Of a stretch of DNA of 64,000 bases, positions 60,716-64,000 are shown one piece after another; position 1 is the first letter of the stretch; every line of letters begins with the position of its first letter. The notes under the pieces were generated by a model that saw nothing but the letters and a program-made list of their open reading frames with translations, was not told where the DNA came from and did not search any database. Position numbers and translations under genes: made by a program. The stretch lies in NCBI GenBank assembly GCA_963738835.1, contig CAVTYH010000009.1, positions 121,533-185,532 of the forward strand, in the 5' to 3' direction. The stretch comes from Pirellulales bacterium (GTDB taxonomy: Bacteria; Planctomycetota; Planctomycetia; Pirellulales; JADZDJ01).

Positions 60716-62173
60716 ATGGCCGCCGATCAAAAAAATCCACTGCCTGTCGAAGCTGAAGCCATTTCGCCGGCCATGCGACGCCGGCTGCAAGAATGCTTCA
60801 ACCGCGGTGTGCAGAACACGCAAAGCGGCAATTTCGATTACGCCACCGAATTGCTTACTCAATGTGTGACCGGCGACCCGGGCAACTTGGTTTACACCCA
60901 GGGTTTCCTGGGTAATCTGCAGCGCAAGTATAACAATAACAAGAAGGGCAGCACACTGGCGAGCATCCGTTCCAGCGGCTCCAAGATGAGCATGATGAAC
61001 GCCAGCCGAAAGAAAGATTGGCCAGCGCTGATCAAGACGGGTTTGGAAGTGCTTAAAGTAAATCCGTGGGATGTCTCCACGTTGCTGCAAATCGCCCATG
61101 CGTGTGCGGAATTAGGCTATGTCGAGTGCCGACTGGTGTATCTCAAAGGCGCTCAGGACGCCGATCCAAAAAGTGTAGAAGTCCAGCGCAAGTGCGCCAA
61201 AGCATTGGAAAGCATTGGCGAATACAACCAGGCGATTTCCTGTTGGACTCGGGTCGATAGTCTCACGAAGGGAGGCAATGAAGAGGCGAAACGAGAAATC
61301 GCCAAGCTGCAAGTCGATCTCACGATGAACGCCGGCCCTGTGAAGCACGACGAAGAAGACGGCCAGGAATCCGAGGGGGGCAGCGCCGGAGCCAAAACTT
61401 CATCGTCTGGTCACGTGACCGTAGGACCGGCCAAAAAGTCGCCGACGCAGGAACTCGAAGTCCAGATTGCCGAGAACCCGGGTGAAGTTCTGGGCTATGC
61501 TCAGCTGGCCGAAAGCCACGCCAAAGTCGAGAAATGGAGTGAAGCGGAGAATGTGCTCAATCGAGGGCTGGAAGCCACGGGCGGCGACTTGCGGCTCCGC
61601 GAACAGTTGGAAGATATCCAACTTCGGCGAGCCAAACAGCACTCGCTCATTGCCGATAAGCGAGCCGCGGAATCGAAAACGCCCGAAGCCAACGAACAAG
61701 CCCAAAAAATGCGACGTGATCTGAGCCGGTTGGAGCTTGATATCTTCCGCAAACGGGTCGATCGATATCCAACCAACACGCACTGGAAGTATGAACTGGG
61801 CATCCGTCTGAAGATGACTGGCAATTTCAATGAAGCTATCAAAATGCTCCAGGACGCGCGGCAAGATCCGAAGCATCGCGGAACTGTAATGCTCGAGATC
61901 GGCGAGTGCTTCCAGCAAATCAAGCAATACAGCCTGGCGATGCAGCATTACAAAAAGGCAATTGAGGAAATTCCCGAACGCGACGAAGAACTGCGAAAAA
62001 AAGCCCTCTATCGGGCCGGCGTTTTGGCGATGGGTTTGAACGAACTGGAAGCGGCGGAGCAATACTTTTCGCAGTTGGCCGAGCGTGATTTTGGCTACCG
62101 CGATGTGTCCGACCGGCTAGACAAAATCGTTTCGCTCCGCGATAAAGGTGGTTCGGCTGAACCTGATTCCTGA
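60716..62173 (+). CDS. TPR-repeat protein, function unknown
   Basis: 485 aa with several TPR-like helical pairs (e.g. YSLAMQHYKKAIEEIP, LEAAEQYFSQLAE). Confidence 0.6.
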   Translation: MAADQKNPLPVEAEAISPAMRRRLQECFNRGVQNTQSGNFDYATELLTQCVTGDPGNLVYTQGFLGNLQRKYNNNKKGSTLASIRSSGSKMSMMNASRKKDWPALIKTGLEVLKVNPWDVSTLLQIAHACAELGYVECRLVYLKGAQDADPKSVEVQRKCAKALESIGEYNQAISCWTRVDSLTKGGNEEAKREIAKLQVDLTMNAGPVKHDEEDGQESEGGSAGAKTSSSGHVTVGPAKKSPTQELEVQIAENPGEVLGYAQLAESHAKVEKWSEAENVLNRGLEATGGDLRLREQLEDIQLRRAKQHSLIADKRAAESKTPEANEQAQKMRRDLSRLELDIFRKRVDRYPTNTHWKYELGIRLKMTGNFNEAIKMLQDARQDPKHRGTVMLEIGECFQQIKQYSLAMQHYKKAIEEIPERDEELRKKALYRAGVLAMGLNELEAAEQYFSQLAERDFGYRDVSDRLDKIVSLRDKGGSAEPDS

Positions 62174-62196
62174 ACCCTGAACCCTGAACCCTGCTC
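62163..62196 (+). repeat. Tandem heptamer CTGAACC run bridging the TPR stop codon and the rpsT start
   Basis: CTGATTC CTGAACC CTGAACC CTGAACC CTGCTC-ATG. CTGA falls at 62163, 62170, 62177 and 62184. The TPR stop TGA (62171-73) is one of the units. Confidence 0.75.
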
Positions 62197-62466
62197 ATGC
62201 CCAATATAGCCAGTGCCCGGAAGCGTCATCGCCAGAATCTGAAGCGTCGCGCCCGAAACCGTTCGGTGAAGAGCGAATTAAAGACTGAAATCCGCAAGGT
62301 GCATGAGTCTACGGCGGCGGGAAAAATGGACCAGGCGGAAGCGGAATTCCGTGTGGCCGTTACCAAGCTCGATCGGGCGGCCGCCAAGCGAATCATCCAT
62401 CCGAACCGTGCCGCACGGCTGAAATCGCGCTTATCGGCAAATATGAAAGCGGCGAAGAAGAAATAG
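62197..62466 (+). CDS. rpsT: 30S ribosomal protein S20
   Basis: MPNIASARKRHRQNLKRRARNRSVKSELKT..., 89 aa and basic. Confidence 0.9.
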   Translation: MPNIASARKRHRQNLKRRARNRSVKSELKTEIRKVHESTAAGKMDQAEAEFRVAVTKLDRAAAKRIIHPNRAARLKSRLSANMKAAKKK

Positions 62467-62493
62467 CCGACTTATCGTGCCGGGGAGATTGCT

Positions 62494-64000
62494 TTGGCTA
62501 TTTCCCGCTGTCTCCCGCTCTTCGGTCTGCAATCTTGGCATTGGTTTTGGCTGGCGACGGTCGGTGCGGGACTGCTCGTCATTCTCTTGTTGCGGCCTTA
62601 TATGCTGGGCCGCTGGTTGCTATGGCTGTTCGTTCGGTTGTTCTATCGAATGAAGGTTCACGGCTGCGAGAACATTCCGGTCAACGGTCCGGCGCTGTTG
62701 GTCTGCAACCATGTCAGCTACATCGATTGGGCGCTGATCTTGGTGGCGCAGCGCCGGTTCGTGCGGTTTGTGATTTACTCCGCCTGGACAAAAAAATTCT
62801 TCCTCCGGCATTTGCTGCGTTGGGAACGGGTAATTCCGATCGATGCCTCGTCAGGACCCAAGGCCATTCTGAAATCGCTGGCGCCGGCGGCGAAGCGCTC
62901 AATGAAGGCAGCCTGGTGTGCATCTTTGCCGAAGGCCGATTCACACGCACCGGCTTCATGCTGCCGTTTCACCGTGGACTGGAGCAGATTGTCAAGAATA
63001 CAAACGCGCCGATCATTCCGGTGTGCCTCAATGAATTGTGGGGCAGCATTTTCAGTTTCTACGGCGACCGCACCCTGTGGAAATGGCCGCGTATGCTGCC
63101 TTATCGAGTGAGCGTGGCTTTCGGAAAGCCGATGCTGCCCACGTCCACTGCAGCGGAGGTGCGGGAGGCCGTTCAGAAACTTTCGGCAGATTGTGCCATC
63201 GCTCGGTCCGATCAGTGCCGGCCGGTGCCTGCGGAGTTTGTGCATGCTGCGGCACGGCGGCCATTTCGGCCCTGTGTGATTGACGCGACCGATCCATCGA
63301 AACAGCCGCTGACATTGAGTTATTCGACGGTATTGGCACGTGCCATCTGTTTGGCTCGGCAATTGAAATCACGTTTGGATAACAGTCTGCTGGTGGGGAT
63401 TTGGCTGCCGCCGGGCATCGATGCCGTGACGGCACATTTGGCGGCCGCGTTCTGTGGCAAAGCGGTCGTGCATTTGGATCATTCTTCAGCCGATGCCGCG
63501 CGCTCGGTTATTGACGGGTGTCAATTGAAACAAGTACTGACGACCGAACACTTTTTGCGGCGGGAATCTCTACCCGATTTGCCTAGTGTCGAATTGATCG
63601 ACACTGCCGGCCTGCTTGCAACTTTGTCGTTCGGTCAACGATTTCTCGCACATGCAGCCGCCGTGACATTGCCGGGTTTCGTGATTGAACGTTGGCTGCT
63701 TGGCCTTCATCACCACGGCCTCGACGATTTAGCGGCCGTGGTTTTTACTCGTGGAACCACGGGCAAAGCGAAGGGAGTCATGCTGACGCATCGTAATCTT
63801 GCGGCCAGCGTGAGCTCGCTTGCGAAAACAGTTGACCCCTTGCCGCGCGATCGGCTACTTGGCGTGCTCCCGTTAAGCCAGAGCACGGGCTACGTCTGCA
63901 CTTTGTGGGCGCCACTGGCGATTGGCGCATCCGTTGTTTACGCCAAGACATCTCTCTTGCCCTCGGTGGGAGAGGGCCGGGGTGAGGGGGAATCGAAACC
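62494..64000 (+). CDS. Aas-like bifunctional acyltransferase / AMP-dependent acyl-ACP synthetase, 3' end off-window (apparent frameshift ~62884)
   Basis: PlsC motif LVCNHVSYIDW, then (after a -1 shift) LVCIFAEGRFTRTG and PIIPVCL. The AMP-binding motif FTRGTTGKAKGVMLTHRNL follows. The frame stays open to the window edge. Confidence 0.75.
63951..63990 (+). repeat. REP1 copy translated inside the Aas-like ORF
   Basis: TCTCTCTTGCCCTCGGTGGGAGAGGGCCGGGGTGAGGGGG encodes ...SLLPSVGEGRGEG... in the open frame. Confidence 0.55.

Noticed and set aside
1-64000. Programmed ribosomal frameshifting or transcriptional slippage as the explanation for the many frame breaks.
   Set aside because: There is no shared slippery heptamer or downstream structure at the sites. 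Both +1 and -1 shifts occur, and several sit at 2-4-nt homopolymers. Error is the more economical explanation.

Overview
This GC-rich 64-kb window has gene content typical of Planctomycetota, probably Pirellulales-like. That assignment is an inference from a DUF1549/DUF1553 + Tat-signal DUF1501 gene pair, a secreted-protein N-terminus of the '...VEQLESR..LL' type, and LRR and FG-GAP surface proteins. No rRNA, CRISPR array or intact mobile element is present.

Layout:
- 1-1.7 kb: a multiply broken type I restriction R subunit (hsdR) next to tRNA-Glu(CUC).
- 3.9-15.7 kb: a complete purine-to-glyoxylate catabolic island. On the minus strand it carries uricase, HIU hydrolase, an allantoinase fused to OHCU decarboxylase, two M20 amidohydrolase paralogs and ureidoglycine aminohydrolase. 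xdhABC is transcribed divergently.
- The rest is mostly housekeeping and envelope genes: rho, coaE, polA, an LRR protein, an FG-GAP/FKBP protein, a DAC-domain cyclase, sseA-sufE, an EmrAB/TolC-like efflux operon, nnrE, guaB, an ABC ATPase, trpE, mcsA-mcsB, coaD, cobA-hemD, rpsT and an Aas-like gene running off the right edge.

Main anomalies:
1. A 35-aa in-frame segment that looks like acyl-carrier-protein helix II/III, including the DSL site, sits inside the allantoinase barrel (5407-5511).
2. Imperfect 7-nt-periodic 'TGA' leaders abut the start codons of several unrelated genes. Because 7 = 1 mod 3, they place stop codons in all three frames.
3. An 88-nt hairpin-capable insert breaks xdhB exactly where its removal restores the frame.
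4. A ~120-nt multi-hairpin element closed by a 16-bp stem lies downstream of an AT-rich promoter-like patch, ahead of the LRR gene.
5. Two REP-like repeat families are present, and some copies are translated inside ORFs.

Caveat: about 20 single-base frame breaks hit about 17 otherwise well-conserved genes, including rho, and several sit in short homopolymers. I read most of these as assembly or sequencing indels, not real pseudogenes. All similarity statements come from my own reading and recall of protein families; no searches were run.
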